Part shown: one piece after another, positions 40,839 to 54,759 of the stretch
Position numbering within the stretch: the stretch's first letter is position 1
Layout of the letters: each line of letters begins with the position of its first letter
DNA from: Octopus vulgaris
Lineage: Eukaryota
Length of the DNA: 64,000 nucleotides
NCBI GenBank assembly: GCA_951406725.2
Contig: OX597815.1
Location: 27,528,001 to 27,592,000 of the forward strand
Direction: 5' to 3'
Translations under genes and position numbers: made by a program
Notes under the pieces: generated by a model
The model's input: the letters and a program-made list of their open reading frames with translations, nothing else
Database searches by the model: none
Told to the model about the DNA's origin: nothing

Positions 40839-43204
40839 TGTATATAATATGTCTATTTTTGTGTGTCTTTGTGTTTGTATTTGTCATGCATCCCGCCACT
40901 GCATGACAACCAGTATTGGTTTGTTTATGTCTTTGTAACCCAGTACTTTAGCAAAAGAGTCCAATAAAATAAGTACCAGAGTTTTTTTAAAAAACAAAAG
41001 ACATAAGTATTGGGGTCTTGATTTGATTAAATCCTTCAAGGCAATGCCCCAGCCCAGCCACAATCCAGTGACTAAAACAAATAAAACATAAAAGATCAAT
41101 TCATCATTTTTGTTTTAATCCTATGAAAGTGAACTTCAACTTTTACCCATCTAGGGATCAATAAATTAAAACCTAGTCAAAATAATGGGACAAATTTAAA
41201 TTGATTACACTCCCTTACCAATGATGTGTGCCTTTGTGACAAAATTAAGTGATCTTGATAATAATGATTATTCTCAAGAGCATTCATCACTTGGTATTTA
41301 TAAACAGATCTATCAGTATTAGTGGATTTATATCAACCTTTAGCCTTACAATGCTTAGCTTTCATAATTCTTGATGCATCAAATGTTATTCTCTTGTGTG
41401 AGGAGAACTTCATTATTCATTACTAATATTATTCATTATCGTTTTTGACGTCCACTTTTCAATGCTCACATGACTCGGACACAAGTTGTCAAGACAGATT
41501 TTTTTATGGCACTTTCTATTGCCAAACCTCACCTATTTCCAAGCAAGGTAATTATTTTTCTTCATGGTCATATATGTTTTCAAGGAAGATTGGAAATAAA
41601 GACGCTGCTTGCATAATAGTGACACTCATTTATAACCATCACATGATGTGAAGGATGCAGTAACGCATGTGCGCACACATACACACCCACACACACGATG
41701 ATCTTCTTTCAGTTTCTTCATCATCATCATCATCATTTAACATCCACTTTCCATGCTAGCATGGGTTGGACGATTCAACTGGGGTCTGGGAAGCCAGAAG
41801 GCTGCACCAGGCCCAGTCTGACCTGGCAATGTTTCTACAGCTGGATGCCCTTCCTAATGCCAACGGCCACAATCAGATGGTGCTTTTTACATGCCACCGG
41901 CACAGAGACCAGACGAAGCTGGCAACGGACACGATCGGATGGTGCTTTTTACATGCCACCACTCTCAAGGCTTTGGTTGGCCTAGGGCTATAGTAGGAAA
42001 CACTTATCTAGAGTACTACACAGCAGGACTGAATTTACACCATGTGTTTGGGAAGGAAACTTCTTACTGCGGATCCACTCTTATGGAACTTCATTATTGT
42101 TTGCAAGTTATTATATCTTGCTGTTCTAGCAGAATAATTCACATTTAAATAACTTACATACTTTTATTCTCTTTCTGGCTACAAACATTGGACTGTAGCC
42201 AAGCTAGAGTACCATCTTCAAGGATTTCATTGATTATATCTACTCCAGTACTTATTCTTTATAAGCCTGGTACTTATTCTATTGGTCTCTTTTGCCAAAC
42301 TGCTAAATTATGGGGACATAAACACACCAACATCAGTTGTCAAGCAATGGTGGGGAGACAAACACAGACACACAAATATATATATTCAGCTGAAATTGTG
42401 AGGATGATCCGGTTCTTGACTGAAGATAAAAGGTCTCAAATGACCTGTCCTTGTTTTTTTGTATCGTCTTTCTGGATGATTTATTGTCCCTTTTTGTATC
42501 ATCTAGCTGTTCGGATGTTTTGCGTTCTTGTCTCATTTTATATTTTATTTTATATATATATATATTTATATATATATATATATACACACACAGCAGGCTT
42601 CATTCAGTTTCCATCTTCCAAATCCACTCATAAGGGTTTGGTCAGCCCAAGGGTATAATAGAAGACACTTCTCCAAAGTGCCATGCAGTGGGATTGAATC
42701 CAGAACCATGTGGTTAGGAAGCTAGCTTCTTACCACTCTCCCACTCCTGCAACTTTGGATAAATTCTTTTACTTGTTTGAGTCATTAGACTGTGATCATC
42801 TTGAAGGGTTTAATCAGACAAATCAATCCCAGTTCTTATTTTAAGCCTGGTACTTATTCTATTGGCCTCTTTTGCCAAACTGCTAAGTTACAAGAATGTA
42901 AACAAACTAACACCAACTATAAAGTTCCATGGAGGTGATCAGACACACACACACACATGTGTACATCAAACCTCCACACAGACTGAACCCAGATCCATGT
43001 GGTTGTGAAAGGAACTTCTTAAGCACACAACCATGATATATAGCACAGTTGTGTGGTAAGAAGTTTGCTTCCCAACTATATGGATGTGAGTTCAGTCCCA
43101 CTGTGCGGCACCTTGGGCAAATTTCTTCTATTATAGCCTTGGGTCAACCAAAGCCTTGTGAGTGAATTAAGTAATTAAGTAGGCAGAAACTGAAATAAGC
43201 TCAT

Positions 43205-43238
<34 letters not shown>

Positions 43239-43297
43239 TGTGTGTGTTTTTGTTTCCATGTCTTGACATTGTACGATAGTTGTAAAATAGCAAAAAA

Positions 43298-43606
43298 AAT
43301 CAAAATCGAAATCGCTCAAAAATTAATGGAAATTGTAGTTGTGATACCAGTGCCGGTGGCACGTAAAAGAACCATCCGAACGTGGCCGTTGCCAGTGTCG
43401 CCCCGACTGGCCTCCGTGCTGGTGGCACGTACAAAGCACCCACTACACTCACAGAGTGGTTGGCGTTAGGAAGGGCTTCCAGCTGTAGAAACACTGCCAG
43501 ATCAGACTGAGCCTGGTGCAGCCTCCAGGCTTCCCAGACCCCAGTCGAACCATCCAACCCATGCTAGCACAGAAAATGGACGTTAAACGATGATGATGAT
43601 GATGAT
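43298..43606 (+). mobile_element. Retroposon family B (nested)
   Basis: Ends GTTAAACGATGATGATG. Confidence 0.85.
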
Positions 43607-43685
43607 TGTCACCGTCATGCAAGTTGTATCATTCATTTCCAATATTCTGTGAGAACATGTCTGGCCATGGGGAATTATTACCTTG

Positions 43686-44242
43686 GGTCATACATATCAT
43701 CATCTGGAAAAGACTTTCTAACTAGAAAGGGTATGGCCTGGTCAGCCTGTAATGACATGCATAAGATCTGGTCATCAAATCTAAGTAGAGACTTCAAACT
43801 TGAAATATTCAAAGCCACAGTCGAACCAATTCTACTATATGGCTCAGAAACCTGGACATTATCAAAGAAGCTTGAGAGGCGGTTGGATGGAACCTACACT
43901 CACCTCCTTATGAGAGCTCAAAATCTCTCGTGGAAGCGCCATCCAACCAAAATGCAAATATATGGGAAATTACCACCTGTGTCATCTCTTGTGAAAGGTA
44001 GGAGAGTCCAGTTTGCTGGACATTGTTGCAGAGCTGAAAAAGAAGTAATTTCTACTCTTCTCCTCTGGAAGCCATCTACTCGCAATACCAGAGGGCACAC
44101 ACTCTCCTACCCTGATGTAATCTCCAGGGATACAGGCATCCAGCAACAGGACCTCCGTAATGCTATGATGGACCGTGAAGTCTGGCGTAACATAGTAAAT
44201 TCCATTGTCTCGACCACGGTCGAACAATAATAATAATAATAA
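43686..44242 (+). mobile_element. Young 5'-truncated RTE-like LINE, ORF C-terminus with (AAT)n tail and TSD
   Basis: Open frame YLGS...LLYGSETWTL...FAGH...MMDREVWR ending at 44230; TATTACCTTG duplicated at 43676-43685 and 44243-44252. Confidence 0.9.
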
Positions 44243-45203
44243 TATTACCTTGCTTGAAAACAGGTGAGGGTTGGTGACAGGAAGGGCATCCAGCTGTAGA
44301 AAATCTGCCTCAATAAACTTTGTCCAACATATGCAAGCAAAGGAAAAGTGGACATTAAAATGATGATGATGATGACATATATATCATTATTATTATTAAA
44401 TATATATGCTCTGTATATTTTCCAGTGGCTTCAATGGTGTATATATTTATATTTATATGAAGTTGGATCAGTCTACAATTGTTTTTACTGAGGCAGAATA
44501 CTGTATGATGGTTGAGTTGAAATTAAGTACTTGAAAAATTTGTTGAATTGTTATAATTGAAATCGGGCTATTTTTAGATATAAGGCATTGATATTCCTTA
44601 GCCAAATAATTTTGCTTGGCTAAATAAGCTTAAACTTTCTATGCATTTTCATTTCACCTGAATGAACTTAAGATTTCATGAAACTTTATGTGATGTCTAA
44701 TCAAGTTTTGAGAGTAAACTCAGCATATCTCAACAAGATTTAGAAAGTTTAAAGTTTCAAGTGCTTCCCAAAAATGAAAAAAATGTTTTGAAGAAACCAG
44801 CTGTAAGACTCTTGAGTAACACACAAAACATTTTATAGGAGTTCTAAAGGTTGTGAGTGGGTGGTTTTCTGCTAGATTTTTATTCAATTCAGTGAGTTAG
44901 TGATAACAATATAATTTATAGAATATCTCAGTGAAGCAGATTCCACAAATCTGAAATTAAATGTAGTTGAGTGGTTGAATTTAAGAGATCCATATTGCAG
45001 TTAGTTGACTTCTAATGCATTTCTATGTGGAAGCAAGAATTCTTTACTTTTATAACAAATTTAGAAATCGAATGTGAATGTGTACAAGTAAGTATCAAAA
45101 AATATGCTGACTGAATTTCTCTGTGGAATTGCATTCTCGAAACTTTTGGTGCTCCTTGACATTCATACATAAGTTCTCCCAACCATATTCTCATCTATGA
45201 GGA

Positions 45204-45572
45204 TCAGAATCGAAATCGATCAATGGAAATTGCAGATGTGTTACCAGTGCCGGTGGCATGTAAGAGAACCTTCCGTTTCGCGACCGTTGCCAGCACCGCC
45301 CCGACTGGCCTCGTGCCGATGGCACGTAAAAAGCACCATCCGTTCGTGGCCGTTTGCCAGCTCTGTCTGGCACCTGTGCGGGTGGCACGTAAAAAGCACC
45401 CACTACACTCACGGAGTGGTTGGCGTTAGGAAGGGCATCCAGCCGTAGAAACACTGCCAGATTTGACTGGGCCTGATGAAGCCTTCTGGCTTCACAGACC
45501 CCAGTAGAACCGTCCAACCATGCTAGCATGGAAAACGGACGCTAAACGATGATGATGATGATGATGATGATG
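45204..45572 (+). mobile_element. Retroposon family B, young copy
   Basis: CpG-rich, intact (GAT)n tail. Confidence 0.85.
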
Positions 45573-46035
45573 TATTCATATGAAACATTGTTCTCGGCAC
45601 CAAATATTATAAACAAGGGAAGTAAAATGTATGATGAATTGAATGCCAGCTGTATAATTTAGCACATTACTTTGGTGTAAAGCACTCATGGTAGTGCCTC
45701 GTGAAAGCACCCAGCACATTCTATGAAGTGGTTGGCATTAGGAAGGGTATCCAGCTGTAGAAACCATGCCAAATCTGACTGGACCCTGGTGCAGCTTGCC
45801 AGCTCTGGTCAAACCATCCTTCCCATGCCAGCATGGCAATGGATGTTGTTGTTGTTGGTGGTGGTGATGGTGATGATGATGATGAGGAGGAGGATAATGA
45901 TGATGATTATTATTATTATTATTATTTCCTAGTTTTCTGAAAGTTATGTTTTATTAAATTCCAAGTTTTATGAATAGTAATTTGAAAAAGAAGCCGCTTA
46001 TCCATAGGTATATACCTAAAACTAAAATATGTCTA

Positions 46036-46277
46036 CAGAGGTTGGACAAAATAATGGAAACACCTTAAAATTTCAAACAAATTTATTTTAATATGGGGCA
46101 GGACCACCTTTGGCAGTAATTACAACTTGAAGTCTATGAGATATGGACTCATACAAAGTTTGAATTGCTTCCAAAGGAATTTTTGTCCATTCTTCAGCTA
46201 AAACAGTCTCCAGTTCTTGTAGTGATGATGGTGGAGGATATGATGTTAGGTTTTTCTATTATTTTGTCCAACCCCTA
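46036..46277. mobile_element. Internally deleted Tc1-like element
   Basis: TA|CAGAGGTTGGACAAAATAATGGAAA and TTTCTATTATTTTGTCCAACCCCT inverted termini. Confidence 0.75.
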
Positions 46278-46387
46278 AATGTATTACTTTAGACAAGTGT
46301 ATTCTACTATAGCCTCTGACCAGCCAATATCTTAGGAGTAGAACTGGTGGACAGAAACTGAGAATTTCACCATATATGTATATAAAT

Positions 46388-46633
46388 GTTCCTTCTCAAG
46401 CCATGCTAGGCTTATAAGGGCCGGTTTCCTGGTTTCAGTGGCGTAGAAATTCCCCACCTGGACAGGACGCCAGTCCATTGCAACATTACTCATTTTTGCC
46501 AGCTGAGTGGACTGGAGCAACGTGAAATGAAGTGTTTTGCTCAAGAACACAACGCATCACCTGGTTCAGGAATCGAAACCACAACTTTAAGATCACGAGT
46601 TCAACACCCTAACCACTAAGCTACGCACCTCCA
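46388..46633 (-). mobile_element. tRNA-derived SINE family D
   Basis: Minus strand has TAGCTTAGTGGTT (A-box-like), GGTTTCGATTCC (B-box-like) and ATGGACTGGCGTCCTGTCCAGG, which resembles conserved V-type SINE body sequence; decayed copy at 59455-59657. Confidence 0.75.
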
Positions 46634-47509
46634 CCCCATATATGTATGTCACTGTTATTCTATGTGTCCTTATCAACTCTGTCTGACAAAAAAAAAATGT
46701 GTTTTCATTTACATTCCCGACTTAACAAAAGCCCAGTAGTTTCAGTTTTTGGTGTGTGAAGAGTAGTAGAATGGGGTAAAAATGGAAATAAATCTTACTT
46801 GGGAAGTAGGTAAGGGTTGGAGGTAGTTAGGCATTAAACTATAAAAAAAGCTGCCTTAAAATTTTCATCTAACCCATGCCAGCATGTAAAAACAGATGTA
46901 AAAACTAAATGGTGTAACCTGCGAAAAACAGGATTACTTTCAAAACTTATATTTTTTTTGTTTGCCACAATAAATAGTTTTGGCATCTCTCAGCTAGATA
47001 ACCTACACTAGTTGTCAGTTGTTCTTTGAAATTTCAAGTTTTCAGGCATTTGGATAAATTTTATCAGTTCATGTTTTTTGTTGTTGCATCTGTCTCAACT
47101 TTTCCGTAGTCCACAGCCCTTGAGGTTATGCACAGATTAGATATTGTTTGCTGGATTGAGCCAAAACTGTTCTCTGTCACATGGGAAGTGAAGGCTGTAT
47201 GCAACAGAGGGAAGACTAGACAAATGAGTAGAAAGTTCTTGAAATTTGTGTACATTTTTTTATCTTCTTTATCATCATCATTATCATCATTTCGTTGCTA
47301 AAACAGGATAAATATATTTGCAATGATTGAAAAGGTTTTAGTTTGATAACAAAAAAATCTAATTCTAGAACTCTTTCATAAATTTCAAGCTGTTTTTGTG
47401 AATTGAAAATGGAAAATACTATTTTCATGCTGATAATTTTGACATCTCTAAATTTAGTTCTATGTATAGTTCATTTAATCAAGAACAAGGTTAACCCATG
47501 TGCTACATC

Positions 47510-47533
47510 ATATATATATATACATATACATGC

Positions 47534-47618
<85 letters not shown>

Positions 47619-47621
47619 TGC

Positions 47622-47652
<31 letters not shown>

Positions 47653-47655
47653 TGC

Positions 47656-47686
<31 letters not shown>

Positions 47687-47689
47687 TGC

Positions 47690-47724
<35 letters not shown>

Positions 47725-47775
47725 TACATATAAATATATATACACACATACATATAAATATATACATACATATAA
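47510..47775. repeat. Compound minisatellite CATATACATGCA(TA)n
   Basis: Direct inspection. Confidence 0.95.
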
Positions 47776-49511
47776 ATAAAGGCATATTGCTGATAAAAGA
47801 TTGTATGCAAGTACTTAATGCTAGCATATGTACATCGTGTTCAAATTCTTTAGCCTATTGGCTTTAGACTTGTAACATATGGTTCCCAGATTTAGGACAG
47901 AAGTAATTTATTTAAGGAATGATTTCACTTCTATATTAGCAGGTCGAGCAAATAATGTATGTAGGTTTATATGTTTGCTTTCAGCTTAATTCTTTGAAGT
48001 AATTTTATCAAGTTTAAATCGTTATTATCATATAAGAACCTGTTTTGTTTACATCTGTTTCTCTTTGCTATCAAAGCCAGCCTTGTTGATTGTATAACAG
48101 ACTACCAACAAGAAGGTGTGTGGTTCATGTCTCACCACTGACTAGTAATACACTTTGCTTGTGGCATAGACAAGGACATTTAATTCTCAGTGGTTTAGAC
48201 CAAGTGGTCTTGCTGGATAGGTATTTGGGTATAGCACATAAATGAGGAATTTCTTTCATTTTCAATTATGAGGATTCAGTTATTTGAACAACTTGGCAAT
48301 TAATAGACATGTAAGGGACTGCATATTCCACATACACCTTTTTACCATTTACTTCTTTCAATCATTGAACTTTGGCCATGCTGGGGTACCACCTTGAAGG
48401 GTTTAGTGAAACGGATCAACCCTCCCCACCACTACCACCAGTACTTGCATTTTCTTCAAGCCTGATCCTTATTCAATCAATCTCTTTTGCCAAACCACTA
48501 AGTTTTACAGGGATGTAAACAAACCAGCATTGGTTATCAGGAGATGGAGAAGACAGACTAAAACAAACAGACACATTGTCATCATCATTTAACGTCCATT
48601 TTCCATGCTGGCATGAGTTGGACGGTCTAACTGAAAACTGGTAATCTGGGGAGTTGCCCCAGATACCAATCTAATTTGGCATGGTTTCTATGGCTGGATA
48701 CCCTTCCTAACGCCAACCACTCCAAGAGTGTAGTGGGTGCTTTTTACATGCCACCAGCTCACACACACACACACACACTCATGCATAAATGACAGGTTTC
48801 CACATAGTTTCCCTCTGCCAAATTCACTCAGAATGCATTGGTCAGCCTGGGGGTGTTGTAGAAAATACTTCCCCAAGGTGCCACTCAGTAGGACTGAACC
48901 TGAAACTACATGGCTGCAAACAAGCTTCTTAACCACACATCCATTCCTGCACCTAACGATACACATGTACTATTAACATAATCCTTAAGTAGACTCAATA
49001 TGACACTATCTTTGACAGATCTATAACTTTAGATTATGGCTATAATCCATCCGTCAGGTTTCCTCCCAAACAGTCTCCATTCACTCAGTTTGACCCCAAA
49101 AGCTTGAGGCAGTGGAATTAAACCTTTGACTTTTTAATTGTGAAACAAATTGTTTAACCATTCAGTCATACTACCACTCACAAATTGGGAGAGTTCATTG
49201 TTGGAAGCAGTTAAATTGACGTTTAATCGTTAGTATGCCAAAGCTAATGTCCTACCGATGGGGATAAAAAAATCTATGGTAACTTCTCATCCTATTGAAG
49301 GGAAAGAAATATCTCTTTCAACATGTTGAAAATTTTGAATAAACTTCAGTAAAATGTAGCCCAATCTGCTGAATAACGAGGAATAAAAATATTCCCTTTC
49401 ATGCACAAAGATGGCTGGAACAAAACATTTATTGAGCTGAGCATTGTTCTCTGAAGAACATTAAAAAAAAATTGCAAGTTACCTTTACAAATTTTCAGTT
49501 TTAATTCACAT

Positions 49512-49554
<43 letters not shown>

Positions 49555-49559
49555 ATATA

Positions 49560-49916
49560 AAGATCTTACATTGCTTATAAACTCTATATTTGGAAGGACT
49601 CATATTAAACTCTGTTGGACTTTTGGATTTTACTCAAAGGATATTGGAATATTACATATATACCATTATGCCTATAAAATGGATTTACAACTTCAATACC
49701 CATACATATCTTAAATATATTTTCTTTCCTCCACCCCACTCTCTATTTTGTATCACATCTAAACTAACTATGACTTAACTATACTCTCAACCATCTCCAA
49801 TGAAGGGATATTATCAATTAATATCCTAGAAACAGCTGTAAGAACTTCTATATATAAATGCTCTAATATCTATACAGCCTTGGTTTTTTTATCTTATTAT
49901 GCAAAAAATTCTTATA
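49560..49916 (+). mobile_element. Penelope-like terminal repeat with degenerate hammerhead (49794-49843)
   Basis: TCT CCAATGA AGGGATATT-loop-AATATCCTA GAAA CAGCTG TA AGA; follows (TA)n. Confidence 0.6.
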
Positions 49917-50152
49917 CATCATCATCATCGTTTAACGTCCGCTTTCCATGCTAGCATGGGTTGGACGAATGACTGAGGGCTGGCGAACCAGATGGCGGCA
50001 CCAGGCTCCAATCTGATCTGGCAGAGTTTCTACAACTGGATGCCCTTCCTAACGCCAACCACTCCGAGAGTGTAGTGGGTGCTTTTTACGTGCCAGTCTG
50101 GCGGTTCTGGCAACGACCTCACTCGAATCTTTTACACTCACACACATATATA

Positions 50153-50187
<35 letters not shown>

Positions 50188-50217
50188 TGCAGCGTCTGCT
50201 GTGACTGAACAGTCCAA

Positions 50218-50261
<44 letters not shown>

Positions 50262-51227
50262 ACACACACACATTTATATGTACATATGTATGTGTGTGTG
50301 TTCTAAGATGTAGTTTCTGCAGTCATTGAGTGAATAAAGTAATGCAATGTTGTGTTGTTCATGTCCTTCTGAAAGTCTATCATTTAGGAATCAAATCGAA
50401 TCAGAAATTCAGCATATTGAAACTATATGCATGTGCAACACCATTATTGCACACACACACACACTACATACACACACATGTATACCATACACTTATATAT
50501 ACGCACTATTTTCTGGTAATTACCAGTGATAAATATAAACTGTATGATATATTCTAAATATAATAAATTTAAAAAAATTTAAATAGCAGTTATAGTAGTA
50601 GTAGTAGTAGTAGTAGCAGTAGTAGTAGCAGTAGTAGTCTTTATTATAACAGCAAAACGTATTTCAGTACGTTTTTAACTAACAATAACTGACGAATACA
50701 TTTTTCAATTTGAAGCTAAATGATAAAAAAACACAGTTGTAATTGTCAATAACTATATTTATTCAACTTCAGTAAATCTACCTATAATAAAATATTTAAT
50801 GCACTTAGAGTTATTTTATTGCATAAGCTCTTATATTTATGATATCCTATTTAACTTTTTCCTACTTTTTAATAAAACATTTATCTGTTATCAAAAACAA
50901 TTTTTTAAGCAGTTTAAAAGTTATCATCATCGCATCTATATTTTCATATGTTTATGTGTGTATGTTGAATAAATTTCCAATATATCTTCATTGTTGCTGT
51001 ATTTTATCTAAGGCATTCGTTAGTATAATTCTGTATATAGCTATCAACTCGTTAAGTATTCGTAACCCATAAAATATGAAATATATCATTATATCAAACA
51101 CTATTAAATGCTTCTATACCTAGGTATTTCTCCAAATTTGTACTCAAACTTCTCACTCATTTCAGGTTCATATTGTATCAAACTTTTTATTCTTTTTTCG
51201 CTCAAGTTATTCAATGAATGCCATCTA

Positions 51228-51400
51228 AATGCATGGAATAAACTGCCTGCATCAGTTGTTGACTGCCATGACACTGCATCCTTTAAGGCCCTCATGCTTT
51301 CCGAAATCCGCCGAAACTACACCTGATTATATATACACTTTAGATGAGTTGTAGTGCACCTGAGCACTGTACACTATTATTATTATTATTATTATTATTA
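51228..51400 (+). mobile_element. CR1/L2-type LINE 3' end
   Basis: NAWNKLPASVVDCHDTASFK C-terminal motif, short 3' UTR with a small hairpin, (TAT)n tail. Confidence 0.7.
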
Positions 51401-51938
51401 AATCAACCATCCGTGTTTCTCTGCCATGCATATTCTGAGATATGCAAGTTGTTGTTAGCCATTCCTTCAGCAAAAAAATGTCCTTACATCATCAGCAGAC
51501 ACTAAATAATTTCTTAAACTTTATCTAGCAAACCCCACCTCATTCCTAGACACCAGTTTAGATAATGATTTAAGTCATAGGTAATGGAATAAGTCTATTT
51601 TTTGTAATAAACTACTCAGATTCTCATCAATTTGTTTCTCTCGCCGTCCATCACAGGTCTAAAGCTATGTATCAAAATCTCAATTTCTAAGCAGTCTTTC
51701 AAAACCCTCTTTTTTTGTTAGTACATTCATTCATTTTTCACTAAGATATTGAGTCCTTGCTATTCACTTCACATATAATGTTTGTTTTTATGTTATAAGA
51801 GAAACAACTTTACATTAAATTGAAATATTACTCGACACATTTGGTGGAATTCAAACTTATTATTCTTTGACAAGAATAGTATTGACAGTGACTTTGAAGT
51901 GGTTGGCATTGGGAAGGGTATCCAGCTGTAGAAGCCAT

Positions 51939-52342
51939 GGATCTTTTCGGTTTGAACGGCAGTTTTTTCTAGCGGTGTCATATGAAATTGTCACCCATAA
52001 TTATGACCCTAGAATCGATCTATTGCATTTCAATCTATTTTAGGGTTAGGGGTGGGGGAAGGGTATCTTTTTTCTTCAGAAATGTAAATAAACCCAATCT
52101 GTTTCTTAAACGAGGGACATATTCATACAGCACAGAATGTTGTTTACCTCAATGGACGTCAGTGATTGGTTGAAATTGCAGAAATTGAAGAAGAAAAAAA
52201 AACAAAAAATCTTACAAACCATAGAATTTTCTCAATAAAGCCAAAAGAAAAAAATGTTTTATAAACGCATTCTACCAGTATACGAAATTTTTTAGTTACC
52301 TAGAAATTATGTTAAAAACTGCCGTTCAAACCGAAAAGATCC
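51939..52342 (+). mobile_element. GGATC-TIR MITE copy 1
   Basis: 29-bp TIR GGATCTTTTCGGTTTGAACGGCAGTTTTT; ~400 bp. Confidence 0.92.
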
Positions 52343-53147
52343 CAGCTCTCTAAAGACGTTGTATCCTCCAGACTATAGACTTGCAGTCTGTCAATAAATA
52401 TTTTTAGATCCACGTGCACTACATAGTAATAATGTTATTTTCCAGATACTCTCGCTACAACTTGTTTGACCTTACATCTTGCAGCAATTACAAATTGCTT
52501 TTTCCATGTGCATGCTCATCTTCACCAGCTTCGTTATTGATTCATTAGCTCAAGTTGCTTGTAGTGTTTCCTCTCCTATATTAGCTTCACTAATAGCTGT
52601 AATTGATAGTGTATATACATTAAAAAATTAAAAAAGCAAATATTCTTTCACAACCAATGATAAGCCAGAAAACGGTATGCTGTGGCTTCCATCCGAGAAC
52701 AGATAAATGAGTAAAAAAAAAATGTTCAGCTGTATCTATAGTTAAAAGAAATTCTTTCACATGGAAAGTATCAGATTAAAGAACACTGTAACGATATTGC
52801 CTATTGTTGATAGCGTGTCTCTTTTGATCTCTCTCTCTCTCTCTCTCTCTCGTATAGTCACAAATCTAAACAGATAATTATATCCTGTAGGCATAATGAA
52901 AAATGATAGTCCTTAGCAACGCTATAAGTATCTGTTGGATTTCAGATGGGCCGTTTGTTCATATATGCTTTCTTGATCAAGTGTCTCGCTATGATCAAAG
53001 GCGTTCAGCCGTGACCATCTCATGATTTTGTTTAAAGAGGATTATACTGACTGTTCTTTCTCTATCTCTCTTTAGGGCAACAGAATGTTGTCTGAAGGAA
53101 TTTGACTGTTGTTTCTGGTAAAGCAAGTGACGGTCTAGAGGAGCGGA

Positions 53148-53556
53148 GATCTTTTCGGTTTGACCGGCAGTTTTTCTAGCGGTGTCATATGAAATTGACA
53201 CCCATAATTATGACCCTAGTATCGATCTATTGCATTTCAATCTGTTTTAGAGTTAGGGTGGGGGAAGGGTATCTTTTTTTCTTCAGAAATGTAAATAAAC
53301 CCAATCTGTTTCTTAAACGAGGGACATATCCATACGGCACAGAATGTTTTCACCTCAATAGACGTCATTGATTGGTTGAAATTGCAGAAATAGAAGAAAA
53401 AAACAACAACAAATATCTTACAAACTATAGAATTTTCTCAATAAAACCAAGAGAAAAAGATGTTTTATAAACACATTCTACCAGTATACGAAGTTTAAAA
53501 GTGTTTAGTTATGTGGAAATTATTTTTAAAAACTACCGTTCAAACCGAAAAGATCC
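53148..53556 (+). mobile_element. GGATC-TIR MITE copy 2
   Basis: Same TIRs and body. Confidence 0.92.
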
Positions 53557-53953
53557 ACAATTTGTTTAACATTTTTAATACAATTCCTAAATTATAAAAA
53601 TATAATAGAATTTTTTTAAAGCAATGAAATGTCTATGAGAGTCCACCCAAATAAAATAGAGATTGAAGGGATCCATAGGTTAGAAATGGTTGAGAACTGG
53701 TCTATGGGCTTTCTTACAGTCGTAGAGTTTATTTTCATATGGTTAAAGTGCTGTGCAACTGTAATAAGTTGAAACCTTGTTGGGGCTTTTAAACTGCTTG
53801 ACAAACTTGAAACTATATTTGGGAATCTTGTATTTTTTAGCTTCAGGTCATTTCTGATCAAGCAAACTTATGATCAAAAGAATTCCAGTTATGACTGTCC
53901 TGTTTTGTTTTTTGTGTGTTTGTGGTGTGTGTGTGTGTGTAGGCACAGGTGTG

Positions 53954-54373
53954 GGATCTTTTCAGTTTGAACGGCAGTTTTTTCTAGCGGTGTCATATGA
54001 AATTGTCACCCATAATTATGACCCTAGTATCGATCTATTGCATTTCAATCTGTTTTACGGTTAGGGTTAGTTAGAGGTGGGGGAAGGGTATCTTTTTTTC
54101 TTCAGAAATGTAAATAAACCCAATCTGTTTCTTAAACGAGGGACATATTCATGCGGCACAGAATGTTTTTTACCTCAATGAACGTCAGTGATTGGTTGAA
54201 ATTGCAGAACTTGAAGAAAAAACACCAAAAAAATCTTACAAACTATAGAATTTTCTCAATAAAGCCAAAAGAAAAAGATGTTTTATAAACACATTCTACC
54301 AGTATACGAAGTTTAAAATTTTTTAGTTACGTAGAAATTTTGTTAAAAACTGCCGTTCAAACCGAAAAGATCC
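53954..54373 (+). mobile_element. GGATC-TIR MITE copy 3, inserted in a SINE A head
   Basis: Flanks CAGGTGTG / CAAGTGTG (probable TSD); the SINE continues 54374-54735. Confidence 0.92.
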
Positions 54374-54759
54374 CAAGTGTGTCTGTGTAGTAAGAAGCTT
54401 GCTTCCCAACCACATGGTTGCAGGTTCAGTCTCACTGCATGGCACCATGGGCAAGTGTCTTCTTCTTCTGCCTCAGGCTGATCAAGGCCTTATAAGTGGA
54501 TCTGGAAGACAGAAACTGAAAGAAGCCCATCATATGTGTTTGTCCCCCACTACCACTTGACAACTAGTGTTGATGCATTTTACGTCCCTGTAACTTAGCA
54601 GTTCAGCAAAAGTGACCAGTAGAATAAGTACCAGGCTTAATAAAGAATAAGTATTGATTCATTTGTAATAATAATTCTTCTAGGTGGTGCTCCAGCATGG
54701 CCACAGTCTAATATGACTGAAACAAGTAAAAGATATAAGATAAAATATATCGTGTGTAT

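Larger units (their letters stand above)
43045..44374 (+). mobile_element. SINE with family A head and (GAT)n tail, carrying two nested insertions
   Basis: Head 43045-43205; body resumes at ~43607 and 44253; similar bodies near 8340-8600, 10520-10780 and 11790-12025. Confidence 0.7.
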
